Assembly (NCBI RefSeq): GCF_000014785.1
Contig: NC_008340.1
Coordinates: forward strand, 2,070,001-2,102,000
Length of the DNA stretch: 32,000 bases
From: Alkalilimnicola ehrlichii MLHE-1
GTDB taxonomy: Bacteria; Pseudomonadota; Gammaproteobacteria; Nitrococcales; Halorhodospiraceae
Reading direction: 5' to 3'
Numbering within the stretch: position 1 is the first letter of the stretch; each line of letters starts with the position of its first letter. Positions 16,852 to 25,115 of the stretch are shown here, in pieces. The notes beneath the pieces are model-generated. The model was not told the DNA's origin. It did not search any database and saw nothing but the letters and a program-made list of their open reading frames with translations. A program made the translations under genes and the position numbers.

Positions 16852-17429
16852 AGCACTTGATAGATCACATAACCGAAAACCAATAGTGCTACTGTCGCCC
16901 AACCCAGTCGATCGATCCAGGCCCGAAGCAGTGGCTCGACCTTGGGTCCGCCCCAACTGACCAGACCCGCCACGGCAAAGAAGCGCGAACCGCGCCCAAC
17001 CAGCGAGGCAACGATGAAGGGCAGCAGACCAACACCCATGGCGCCGGCGGCGATGGTAAAGACCTTGTAAGGGATGGGCGAGAAACCGGCCAGCAGGACC
17101 ACCCAGAAGCCCCAGTCGGCGAACCAGTCCCGAGCCTGTTGATAGGCGTCGTACTGCCCCGCGGTCTGAATCCAGGGCTCCACCAGTGACAACGCGAAGT
17201 AGCCGATGAAATAGCCCAGCACCCCGCCCGCCACCGAGGCCAGAGTCGTCACCGTGGCGTACCACATCGCCCGCTGCGGGCGGGCCAGGCTCATCGGCGC
17301 CAGCATCACGTCGGGCGGTATCGGAAAGAAGGAGGACTCGGCGAAGCTCAGGGTACCCAGGTACCAGGGGGCGCGCGGGTGGCCGGCCCAGAGCAGCATG
17401 CGGACGTAGAGCCAGGAGAAGGGATGCAT
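16848..17429 (-). CDS. YqaA-family (DedA/SNARE-associated superfamily) inner-membrane protein
   Basis: The ATG at 17429 gives 193 aa, with motifs 'FAESSFFPIPPDVML' and 'SPIPYKVFTIAAG'. Its start overlaps the pcm stop (TGATG) and its stop overlaps the nlpD start (ATGA). Confidence 0.8.
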   Translation of the reverse strand: MHPFSWLYVRMLLWAGHPRAPWYLGTLSFAESSFFPIPPDVMLAPMSLARPQRAMWYATVTTLASVAGGVLGYFIGYFALSLVEPWIQTAGQYDAYQQARDWFADWGFWVVLLAGFSPIPYKVFTIAAGAMGVGLLPFIVASLVGRGSRFFAVAGLVSWGGPKVEPLLRAWIDRLGWATVALLVFGYVIYQVL

Positions 17430-18094
17430 CAACGGCACCCACCCAGCAGCGGGACGAAGCTGACCGAGGCGACGTGGCGACGGCGCAGCTCCCCATCCAC
17501 GCGCTCGATCAACACCAGCTCCTGGGGCCGGCCGGCCCCGCCCAGGGGCGCCACCAGCCGTCCACCCTCGTCCAGCTGGTCCCATAAGGGGTCGGGCACC
17601 TCCTCGGGCGCGGCGGTGACAATGATGCCCTGGTAGGGCGCGTGTTGCGCCCACCCCTCGCTACCATCGCCATAACGGACATGGACGCGGTGGAGCCTGA
17701 GATCGCGCATGCGCTGCCGGGCCTGGTCGGCCAACGCCTTGATCCGCTCGATGGTGTACACCTCGACCCCCAGGTAAGCCAGAACGGCCGCCTGGTAACC
17801 GGAGCCCGTGCCCAGTTCCAGCACCCGCTCCGGGATCGATTGCTCGATCAGCAGCTCCGTCATGCGGGCCACCACCCAGGGCTGCGAGATGGTCTGGCCG
17901 TGGCCGATGGGCAACGGCGTGTTGTCGTAGGCCCGACTGGCCAGGGCCTCATCCACGAACAGGTGGCGCGGCACCTCGAGGATGGCCTGGAGCACCCGCG
18001 GGTCGCGGATGCCCTCCTCGGCCAGGCGGCTGACCAGGCGTTCGCGGGTGCGGCGCGAGGTCATCCCGATGCCCTGGTAGCGGTTTGGGTCCAT
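17429..18094 (-). CDS. pcm: protein-L-isoaspartate O-methyltransferase
   Basis: 221 aa. 'GQTISQPWVVARMTELL' and the SAM motif 'VLELGTGSGYQAAVLA' are present. Classic surE-pcm pairing. Confidence 0.94.
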   Translation of the reverse strand: MDPNRYQGIGMTSRRTRERLVSRLAEEGIRDPRVLQAILEVPRHLFVDEALASRAYDNTPLPIGHGQTISQPWVVARMTELLIEQSIPERVLELGTGSGYQAAVLAYLGVEVYTIERIKALADQARQRMRDLRLHRVHVRYGDGSEGWAQHAPYQGIIVTAAPEEVPDPLWDQLDEGGRLVAPLGGAGRPQELVLIERVDGELRRRHVASVSFVPLLGGCR

Positions 18095-18095
18095 G

Positions 18096-18869
18096 TCAGT
18101 GCCCCTCCTCGGCCGGCCGGCCCAGACCGCTGACCCAGCCGGCCACCTGGTCCAACGCGGTATAGCGCGTCAGGTCCACCTGAATCGGGGTCACCGAGAC
18201 ATAGCCGTTGCGTACGGCATAGAAGTCGGTCCCGGGGCCGGCGTCCTCCTCACTACCCGGCGGGCCGATCCAGTAGATCGCCCGGCCGCGCGGGTCCTCG
18301 TCACGCACCACTGGCTCGGCCCGGTGGCGCCGACCCAGGCGCGTCGCCTCCCAGCCCTGTACCTCATGCCAGGGCAGGTCGGGGACGTTGATATTGAGGA
18401 TGGTGTCGGAGGGCAACGGGTCACGGCTCAGGCGCTGAACGATGAGCTGCGCCACCCGGGCTGCCGTGGCCAGGTGCCGGGGCTCGAAGGCATTGAGGGA
18501 GATGGCAATGGCCGGCAGGCCCAGGAAACGCCCCTCGGTGGCCGCGGCCACGGTGCCGCTGTAGAGGACATCGTCGCCCATGTTGGCCCCGGCGTTGATC
18601 CCGGAGACCACCATATCCGGCTCCTCGCTGAGCAGCCCGGTGATGGCCAGGTGGACGCAGTCGGTGGGGGTCCCCTCCACCCGGTAGCGGTGCGGGCCGG
18701 TGCCATGCACGCGCAATGGATAGTCCAGGGTGAGCGAATTGCTCGCGCCGCTACGGTCCCGCTCCGGGGCCACCACGGTCACCCGCGCCATCTCGGACAG
18801 GGCCTCGGCCAGGGCGAGTATGCCGGGCGCCTGGTAACCATCGTCATTGCTGACCAGAATGTGCATCAT
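18096..18869 (-). CDS. surE: 5'/3'-nucleotidase SurE
   Basis: 257 aa. The N-terminus is '[14 protein letters not shown]', with 'GTPTDCV' and '[22 protein letters not shown]'. The first two codons are both ATG (18869 and 18866), so either could be the start. Confidence 0.95.
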   Translation of the reverse strand: MMHILVSNDDGYQAPGILALAEALSEMARVTVVAPERDRSGASNSLTLDYPLRVHGTGPHRYRVEGTPTDCVHLAITGLLSEEPDMVVSGINAGANMGDDVLYSGTVAAATEGRFLGLPAIAISLNAFEPRHLATAARVAQLIVQRLSRDPLPSDTILNINVPDLPWHEVQGWEATRLGRRHRAEPVVRDEDPRGRAIYWIGPPGSEEDAGPGTDFYAVRNGYVSVTPIQVDLTRYTALDQVAGWVSGLGRPAEEGH

Positions 18870-18950
18870 AGAAACGCCGTCGCGTATGCCGGTAGCTGTA
18901 GGGTGGATTGGCCGAGAGTATACCGCGACATCCAGTCACTGAGGGCGGCC

Positions 18951-19487
18951 ATGAGTTGCAACGACCACGACAACCACGACGGGCTCTTCCGCCGGGCGAT
19001 GGCCGGGGTCCGCCCACTCCAGCACAATCGGGTGGCGGCCCGCAAACCGCCGCCCCCGCCCCGCCCCCTGCAGCGGCAGCGGGACGAGCGCCGGGTGATG
19101 GATGAACTGATGGACCCGCCCGACCCGGCCGAGATCGAGACCGGCGAGGAGCTGCTCTACTTTCGGGAGGGCCTGCAACGGCGGGTTCGGCGGCGGCTCC
19201 GGCGCGGCCAGTTCCCGCCCACCGCCTGCCTGGACCTGCACGGCATGACGGCGACCCAGGCCCGCCAGGCCCTGGCGGCCTTCCTGCAGGAGAGCCGCCG
19301 GGGACGCCACCGGTGTGTGCGGATCATCCACGGCAAGGGCAACCGTTCGAGCAACCGGGGGCCGGTACTCAAGCGCAAGGTCGATTACTGGCTGCGCCAG
19401 CGGGAGGAGGTGTTGGGGTTCTGTTCGGCGCTACCCAGTGATGGTGGCACGGGGGCCGCCTATGTCCTCCTGCGCCTGGCACGTTGA
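18951..19487 (+). CDS. Smr-domain protein (SmrA/YdaL-like DNA endonuclease family)
   Basis: The ATG at 18951 gives 178 aa. The C-terminal Smr domain is 'LDLHGMTATQARQALAAFLQESRRGRHRCVRIIHGKG...'. The first ~285 codons of the 464-aa track ORF are antisense to surE and were rejected. Confidence 0.8.
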   Translation: MSCNDHDNHDGLFRRAMAGVRPLQHNRVAARKPPPPPRPLQRQRDERRVMDELMDPPDPAEIETGEELLYFREGLQRRVRRRLRRGQFPPTACLDLHGMTATQARQALAAFLQESRRGRHRCVRIIHGKGNRSSNRGPVLKRKVDYWLRQREEVLGFCSALPSDGGTGAAYVLLRLAR

Positions 19488-20381
19488 GCGCTCCCGCCCG
19501 GACCGGACCCGAATCCCTATGCCGCCGCTTCGCTTGGCCTCGTAGCAGGCCTGGTCGGCCACCTCCAGCAGCGCCTCCGCACCCGGGCCGTGACCGAGAA
19601 CCGGCACCAGGCCGATGCTCACCCCCAACCCCAGCGTCTGCCCCCGCCAGTGGAAGCGATAGTCCCGGACGGCCGCGCGGATCACCTGGGCCACCCGGAT
19701 GGCCTGGAGCAACGGGCAATGCTCCAGCAGCACCAGAAACTCATCACCGCCCAGCCGGGCCACGGTGTCCCGTTGGCGCACACAGTCGAGCAGCCGGCCC
19801 GCCACCTCGGCCAGCGCCCGGTCACCCGCCACGTGGCCGGCCAGATCGTTGATGCCCTTGAAACGATCCAGGTCCAGGTAGCACAGGGCGTGCTCACAGC
19901 ACTGCTCCCCGGCCGACGCCACCATGCGCTCCAGCCGCCGAAGGGCCTCACGGCGGTTCACCAACCCGGTCAGCCCATCGTGGCTGGCCTCGTAGGTGAG
20001 CCGCCGGGCCATCTTCAGGTAGTCGCCGATGTCGCGGAACGAGAGGATGACCCCGCGGGGCTGCCCGGCCCCGTCCTGAATCGGGGCCCCGGTCAGTGCC
20101 ACCTCCAGGGTCTCGCCATCCTGGCGCCGCAGGCGGGCGTGGCGCTCCCCCGCCTGCCCGAGCTGCCGGCACTGCGCCACCAGCGCCTCCGGTGGCAGCG
20201 GCTGCCCCTGCTCCTCCAAGTGCAGGACTGCGCCCAGGGGCTGGCCCCGGGCATTCGCCACGGGCCAGCCGGTCAGTTGCGACGCCCGGGGGTTCAGGTA
20301 GCCGATCCGGCCGTCCGGGCGCACCCAGACCACCGCCTCGGGCAGGGCCTCCAGCAAGGGTTCCTGAAAGGTCAGTCCCAT
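19431..20381 (-). CDS. PAS-domain diguanylate cyclase (GGDEF with an RxxD I-site)
   Basis: An N-terminal PAS domain is followed by 'GLTGLVNRREA' and 'RQRDTVARLGGDEFLVLL', where an RxxD lies five residues before an intact GGDEF. 'ADQACYEAKRSG' is also present. The track start at 20399 is a GTG. I prefer the ATG at 20381, which is preceded by 'ggagga' 6 nt upstream. Confidence 0.9.
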   Translation of the reverse strand: MGLTFQEPLLEALPEAVVWVRPDGRIGYLNPRASQLTGWPVANARGQPLGAVLHLEEQGQPLPPEALVAQCRQLGQAGERHARLRRQDGETLEVALTGAPIQDGAGQPRGVILSFRDIGDYLKMARRLTYEASHDGLTGLVNRREALRRLERMVASAGEQCCEHALCYLDLDRFKGINDLAGHVAGDRALAEVAGRLLDCVRQRDTVARLGGDEFLVLLEHCPLLQAIRVAQVIRAAVRDYRFHWRGQTLGLGVSIGLVPVLGHGPGAEALLEVADQACYEAKRSGGIGIRVRSGRERSTCQAQEDIGGPRATITG

Positions 20382-20436
20382 CCCATCCTCCGTCGTCACC
20401 GAGTCCGGCTCATCCAGCGATCACCGCGCCGCCATC

Positions 20437-21063
20437 TCATCCGCCCACCCGTTCACTGTCCACCATCCGCACCAGCACCGATAGGTTGCCGGTCCCGAGC
20501 TTTTCCCGTATCCGCCGGCGCCGGGCCTCCACGGTGGAGAGACTGACGTGCAGCTCACGGGCGATCACCTTGTTGGGCTTGCCCTCCACCACCGCCTCCA
20601 GCACCGCCCGCTCGCCGGGGTTCAGTCGCGCCAGGCGCTCGCGGATCAGCACCCGGCGCCGCTGGCTCTCCCGCCGTTCCGCGTCCTCGTCCAACGCCTC
20701 ACGCACCTTCCGGAGCAGTTCCGCCCCCCGGAAGGGCTTGCACAGGAAGTCCACCGCGCCGTGCTTCATGGCCGTGATCGCTGTCTCGGCATCGCCATGC
20801 CCGGTAACGATAATCACCGGGAGTTCCACCCCGCGGGCGTTCAGGGCCTTCTGCAACCCCAGACCACTGAGGCCGGGCATGCGCACATCCAGCACCACAC
20901 AGCCGCGGCTTTGCTCATCCACGGCCTCCAAAAAGGTCCACGCGTCGCTGAAACCCCGCACCGAAAGACCGTGGGCGCGCATTAAATCGCAAATTGACTC
21001 CCGGACAGCGTGATCGTCATCAACGACAAATACCGTCGCATCAGATTCAGAATAATGATCCAT
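20437..21063 (-). CDS. FixJ/NarL-type response regulator (canonical receiver + LuxR HTH)
   Basis: The ATG at 21063 (MDHYSESDATVFVVDDD...) gives 208 aa. All receiver signatures are present: DDD, 'VLDVRMPG' (phospho-Asp), 'VTGHGD' and 'CKP'. The C-terminus is a LuxR HTH, 'NKVIARELHVSLSTVEARRRRIREKL'. The upstream 56 codons of the track ORF were rejected. Confidence 0.9.
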   Translation of the reverse strand: MDHYSESDATVFVVDDDHAVRESICDLMRAHGLSVRGFSDAWTFLEAVDEQSRGCVVLDVRMPGLSGLGLQKALNARGVELPVIIVTGHGDAETAITAMKHGAVDFLCKPFRGAELLRKVREALDEDAERRESQRRRVLIRERLARLNPGERAVLEAVVEGKPNKVIARELHVSLSTVEARRRRIREKLGTGNLSVLVRMVDSERVGG

Positions 21064-21231
21064 TAAACGATTATTGATCCCTGGCACGAACCATCGGACG
21101 GGGCCACCCAAGGCCCGGCAGCAGCCCCACGGCCAAGCGGCACCCGTTGATCTCAATGTAATGAAGTGTTGGCGGTACCGGTATGGGGGCCCGCCATATC
21201 TCTCAAAAGGCTTACCCTTATTCCCCGCCAA

Positions 21232-23295
21232 TTATTGGGTACAAGGGTTGACCCGCGCCGCAGGCAACTGGAAGCAGAGGCAACTCCCCGCATCGGGCTC
21301 GCCGGCCCAGAGCCGACCACCGTGGGCCTCTATAATGGACTGACTGATGGGTAGCCCGAGCCCCATGCCATCCGGTTTGGTGGTGTAGAAGGGCACGAAC
21401 AGATTTGCCCGCACCGCCTCGCTCATTCCCGGCCCGGTATCGCAGACGGAGAAGACCACATCCCCCGCCCCGTCGACCGTGGCACTGACCGTGACGCCTC
21501 TCGGCTGATCGGCTGCGTTCTCCCGCATGGCATCCACCGCGTTCCGGATCAGATTGAGCAGCACCTGCTGGATCTGGACCGCATCCACCTGTACGGCAGG
21601 CAAGACGTCAGGCAGATCCAGCCGCAACGCCGCCCCGCCCCGATCCAGTTCGATATCGATCAACTCCCGGATCTCCGCCACCAGCTCGGCAGGGGTGCGG
21701 CATGCTTCCCGCGGCCGCCCCGGATCCCGGCGGGCGAAGGCGCGTACCCGCTGCATGACGGTGCTGGCCCGCTGGGCCTGGGCGATCAGCTTGTCCAGCA
21801 ACCGGCGCACCTCGCCGGGCGTCGCGCGGGCCCCCTCCAACTGCTCCGCCGCGGCGTCCGCATAGGCGATGATCGCGCTCAACGGTTGGTTGAGTTCGTG
21901 CGCCAGCCCGGAGGTCAGTTCCCCCAGCAGGCTGATGCGGTAGACATGACTGAGCGCCTCGCGCTGCTCCCGGCTGCGGGCCTCATACTCCGCCTCCGCC
22001 CACTGATCACCCACCCATTGGGCGAGCAACTGCAGGCTCTCCGCGTCCATGGCACACCAACCGGCGCAATGCGCGCGGGTGCAGAAGAAGGCCAGGTACC
22101 CCTCCACCTCGCCCTGGACCAGGATCGGCGCCTGCAGGCCCGCCTGCAGGGCCGGGCCTTCCTCGCCATGCGCCAGGCGCCAGTGGCGCGGGGCCTGCGA
22201 CCAGGCGCAGCTGGACGCGGCCTGCAGGTCCTCCACCGCACCGCAGCCCGGCGGCAGCAGAGGCGATACATCCAGTGCGGTAGCCACCGGCAGATGGGAG
22301 GCCGGGTGGCCATGGAGCACCGTCCATTGCCCTGCCTGCCGGCGCGCCACCACCGCCAGGTCGGCCCCCAGACAGCGGCTGGCCTGCTCAAGCAGCACCG
22401 CACATTTCTGCTCCACGGCTGCGCGGCGGTCGGTGCTGAGCCGTCGGATCAGACCAATCAGCGCCTGCCCATTGCGCTGCGCCTGTTCCGTCTCCACGCA
22501 GATCAGGTAGAGCCGAAGTACCTCCTGAACGGCGTTGAGGATGTCGAGCTCATCCCCCTCCGGCGGCCGTTGACCACCGCCTGAGCCACGACGGGGCACC
22601 AGCTCGATGAAGCCGTCCTCGGGCAGCAGGGTCGGAAGCGGTTGGCGGTGCAGTGGGGGCTGGGGCTGGAAGCCCGGACAGGGGTAGGCCCGGCCGTTGT
22701 AAACGATGCGGGCCGCGGCGCGCGCCGGCTCTCGCAGGCAGGTGGGCAGCAGTGCAGCGAACCGGACCAGTACGTCGTCACGGTTATCGTCCCGGGCGTC
22801 GTGGGCGAGGACAGCGGCACGGTGCAACAAGGTGAGTAACCGCAGGCGCCGGCGCTGCTCCCGTTCGTAGTCACGCACACGCTGGCGCTCCCGGCGCCGT
22901 TCGGTGACATCCCGCTGAATACTCAGATAGTGGGTGGTCCGGCCCTGCTCATCGCGCAGCGCGGTGATGCGCCACTCCAGTTGGTACTCCTCGCCATTCC
23001 GCCGGTAATTGACCGTCTCGCCGGTAAAGTCCTCACCGGCCTCCAGTTGACGGCGAAGGCGGCGCAATACGCTGCGCTCGGTACGCGGTCCCTGGAGCAG
23101 GCGGGGGCTTTGCCCGATGATCTCGTCCCGGCGATGGCCGGACATGGCCTCGAAGGCGGCGTTGACGAACAGCACGGTGGGGCCCGGCCAATCCAGGCGG
23201 GTGTCGGTGATCAATACGGGATCCGGGCACTGCTCCATGGCCCGGACAAAGACCTCGTCCGGTAACGCCTCCCGGCCCCCGCTCGCCCTGCTCAT
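21232..23295 (-). CDS. sensor histidine kinase: LOV-type PAS (no photoactive Cys) + central GAF-like region + HisKA + HATPase_c
   Basis: 687 aa. Residues ~15-135 align with LOV domains ('VLITD...VLFVNAAFEAMSGHRRDEIIGQSPRLLQG...NYRRNGEEY...SIQRDVTERR'). The central ~300 aa ends with the GAF-like 'ILVQGEVEGYLAFFC'. The H-box is 'LAHELNQPLSAI', followed by the N-box 'NLIRNAVDAM', G1 'DTGPGM' and G2 'GMGLGL'. The ATG overlaps the upstream gene's stop (ATGA). Confidence 0.9.
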   Translation of the reverse strand: MSRASGGREALPDEVFVRAMEQCPDPVLITDTRLDWPGPTVLFVNAAFEAMSGHRRDEIIGQSPRLLQGPRTERSVLRRLRRQLEAGEDFTGETVNYRRNGEEYQLEWRITALRDEQGRTTHYLSIQRDVTERRRERQRVRDYEREQRRRLRLLTLLHRAAVLAHDARDDNRDDVLVRFAALLPTCLREPARAAARIVYNGRAYPCPGFQPQPPLHRQPLPTLLPEDGFIELVPRRGSGGGQRPPEGDELDILNAVQEVLRLYLICVETEQAQRNGQALIGLIRRLSTDRRAAVEQKCAVLLEQASRCLGADLAVVARRQAGQWTVLHGHPASHLPVATALDVSPLLPPGCGAVEDLQAASSCAWSQAPRHWRLAHGEEGPALQAGLQAPILVQGEVEGYLAFFCTRAHCAGWCAMDAESLQLLAQWVGDQWAEAEYEARSREQREALSHVYRISLLGELTSGLAHELNQPLSAIIAYADAAAEQLEGARATPGEVRRLLDKLIAQAQRASTVMQRVRAFARRDPGRPREACRTPAELVAEIRELIDIELDRGGAALRLDLPDVLPAVQVDAVQIQQVLLNLIRNAVDAMRENAADQPRGVTVSATVDGAGDVVFSVCDTGPGMSEAVRANLFVPFYTTKPDGMGLGLPISQSIIEAHGGRLWAGEPDAGSCLCFQLPAARVNPCTQ

Positions 23296-24035
23296 GATGG
23301 CCGATCCAGCGCCCCGCCGGGCGCCCGTTCCACCTCCGGTAACAATGGGTAGCGATCCAGTACGCCGACCAGGACCGCCATACGCACCAATTCAGTATAG
23401 GTTTCAATGCGCAACTTGCGGTACAGCCGGGCCCGGTGGACCTCCAATGTCCGCGGACTGATACCCAGCCCCTGGGCAATGTCACGGTGGCTCCCGCCCC
23501 GCGCCAGTGCCCGGAACACCTCTTGCTCGCGCTGGGTGAGCCGCGCCATTTGGGTGCAGAGCCGTTGGCGCCGCCGGTGCTCCTGGACCCGGGCCTGGCC
23601 GGCCTGCACGGCGTGGCAGACCGTGTCCAGGAGCAGTTGGTCACTCACCGGGACCCGCAGGACGTCCCAGGCACCGTGGCGCAGGGCCTGAACCACCGGC
23701 GCCACCGCGGGCGTCCGCACCAGGGCCACCAGCGGGGCAATAGCCGACCCGGGCCCCAACGCCCTGTCCAGGCTTGCCAGGCAATCGGGGTCGGCATCGA
23801 GGTTCAGCAACACACACCCGGGGACTTCGCCCCGCTCGCAGCCCCCCTCCCGGCAGCGGCGGGTGCAGAGCGTCACCCGCAGGCCCGCACCCTGGAGCAG
23901 GCCTGTCAGCCGCTCCGCCTCCTCCGCCGGAAAGCCGCTCAGGCAGACGGTACCCGCTCCCGTCTCCAGATCGCTCAAACCCCGGCCCCCCCAACATTCA
24001 AGGCGAGAAAAGACTACGCCTTTCAGTATAGTCAT
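23292..24035 (-). CDS. LuxR-family transcriptional regulator with a degenerate, Cys-rich receiver-like domain
   Basis: The C-terminal LuxR HTH is 'LTQREQEVFRALARGGSHRDIAQGLGISPRTLEVHRARLYRKL'. The N-terminal domain has a receiver-like topology but lacks the acidic DD pair ('CLSGFP'), and the conserved Lys position reads 'LRVP'. The start is uncertain. The ATG at 24035 has no SD and lies 3 nt after a TATAAT (complement of 24039-24044). An in-frame TTG at codon 20, preceded by a G-run, is an alternative. Confidence 0.75.
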   Translation of the reverse strand: MTILKGVVFSRLECWGGRGLSDLETGAGTVCLSGFPAEEAERLTGLLQGAGLRVTLCTRRCREGGCERGEVPGCVLLNLDADPDCLASLDRALGPGSAIAPLVALVRTPAVAPVVQALRHGAWDVLRVPVSDQLLLDTVCHAVQAGQARVQEHRRRQRLCTQMARLTQREQEVFRALARGGSHRDIAQGLGISPRTLEVHRARLYRKLRIETYTELVRMAVLVGVLDRYPLLPEVERAPGGALDRPS

Positions 24036-24074
24036 CTTATTATAATTGGGTTTTTGTGTAATTGCGTGCGTTAA
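24036..24074 (-). promoter_or_regulatory. AT-rich truD-luxR intergenic spacer, likely promoter region of the signalling operon
   Basis: The minus strand reads ttaacgcacgcaattacacaaaaacccaattataataag-ATG. The G+C drop continues into the first ~45 nt of the CDS. Confidence 0.35.
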
Positions 24075-25115
24075 TCAACACTCCAACACCTCCCGTACCA
24101 CCACGGTGGCATAGGCCCCGGCAGGCAGCCGGAAACTAAGTTGGAGCCGGCCCGGCGCCGGCCAATGCCAGGCGAGATCGACCACCCGCAGGCGCAGCGC
24201 ACGGCGCGCCGCCTCCATCCTTGCCCGCGCCAGGCCCTGGTGCCAGAGGGGTTCGGCCGCCAATACCGACCGCTCCAGGGCCGCGACCTCGCCGCCGGGC
24301 TGCACCCCGCGCTCGCCCGCCAGTGGCCCCGTGGGGTGGATCTCCAGACGGGCACACCGCCCGGGCAGAGCGGGGTCGGCCGGATCGGTCTCGAACACCG
24401 CTCCGCGCCCATCGAGCATGGCCACCTCGCCCGGCAACAGTCGGTTCCAACTGCCCTCCCCGACCCGCCGCGCCAGCACCCGATTGAACAGCTCGGACCG
24501 CACGCTGGAGAGCAGCAGGCCGCGCAGCTTGCGGTCGCGGGGCGGACGCCCGCCGGCGAACCAGGCCGAGGCCTGGGCCAGATTGCCGCCGCCACGCCCG
24601 AAGCGCTGGTGGCCGAAGTAGTTGGGCACGCCCTGGGTGCTGATGCGGTAGAGGCGCTGTGCCACCGCCGCCGGATCGGCGTCGCAGTCCCGCAGGGTCA
24701 GCACGAACCGGTTGCCCTTGAGGGCCCCGGTGCGCAGCTTTCGATGGTGGCGCCGGGCGATCAGGATGCGCACGCCCGGGATCGGCCCCTCCCCCACGCC
24801 CAGGGGCAGCGACCGACCGGGCGACTGCAGGCTGAACCACTGGCGGGTCAGGGCGTGTTTGTCCTTCAGGCCGGCAAAGGAGACCGCCCGCGGGTGGATG
24901 CCGGCGGCCTCGGCCAGCGCCCGGGCCACCTGCGCGGTGTTCAGACCCCGCTTTTCCACCCACAGCCACAGGTGCTCCCCGTCGCCGCAAGGGCAGAGCC
25001 CGGTCTGCTCCTCGACCAGGAAGTCCTCCGGGGTGGCCTTGAGGCGCGCCGTGCCCAGCGGGGGGCCCCAGGCGCGGGGCAGGGACGCGGCTTGCTCAGT
25101 GCTCAAAAAAACCAT
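24075..25115 (-). CDS. truD: tRNA pseudouridine(13) synthase TruD
   Basis: 346 aa. 'LKATPEDFLVEE', 'GEHLWLWVEK', 'VSFAGLKDKHALTRQWFS' (catalytic Asp motif) and 'VPNYFGHQRFG' are present. Its start overlaps the ispF 3' end by 20 nt. Confidence 0.92.
   Translation of the reverse strand: MVFLSTEQAASLPRAWGPPLGTARLKATPEDFLVEEQTGLCPCGDGEHLWLWVEKRGLNTAQVARALAEAAGIHPRAVSFAGLKDKHALTRQWFSLQSPGRSLPLGVGEGPIPGVRILIARRHHRKLRTGALKGNRFVLTLRDCDADPAAVAQRLYRISTQGVPNYFGHQRFGRGGGNLAQASAWFAGGRPPRDRKLRGLLLSSVRSELFNRVLARRVGEGSWNRLLPGEVAMLDGRGAVFETDPADPALPGRCARLEIHPTGPLAGERGVQPGGEVAALERSVLAAEPLWHQGLARARMEAARRALRLRVVDLAWHWPAPGRLQLSFRLPAGAYATVVVREVLEC

Noticed and set aside
18093-18950. The first ~285 codons of the 464-aa plus-strand ORF, considered as a large N-terminal domain fused to Smr
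   Set aside because: This part is exactly antisense to surE and translates to motif-free, Gly/Arg/His-rich sequence. The Smr-domain protein starts plausibly at the ATG at 18951, in the surE-smr divergent intergenic region.
21082-21135. Sigma-54-like promoter motifs in the kinase-to-FixJ spacer: plus-strand TGGCAC at 21082-21087, and minus-strand tggccg-N5-ctgct (complement of 21121-21135)
   Set aside because: The plus-strand TGGCAC lacks the downstream TTGC and points away from any gene. The minus-strand match keeps only the GG/GC dinucleotides at correct spacing, which is expected by chance in DNA this GC-rich. No enhancer-binding protein gene is present.
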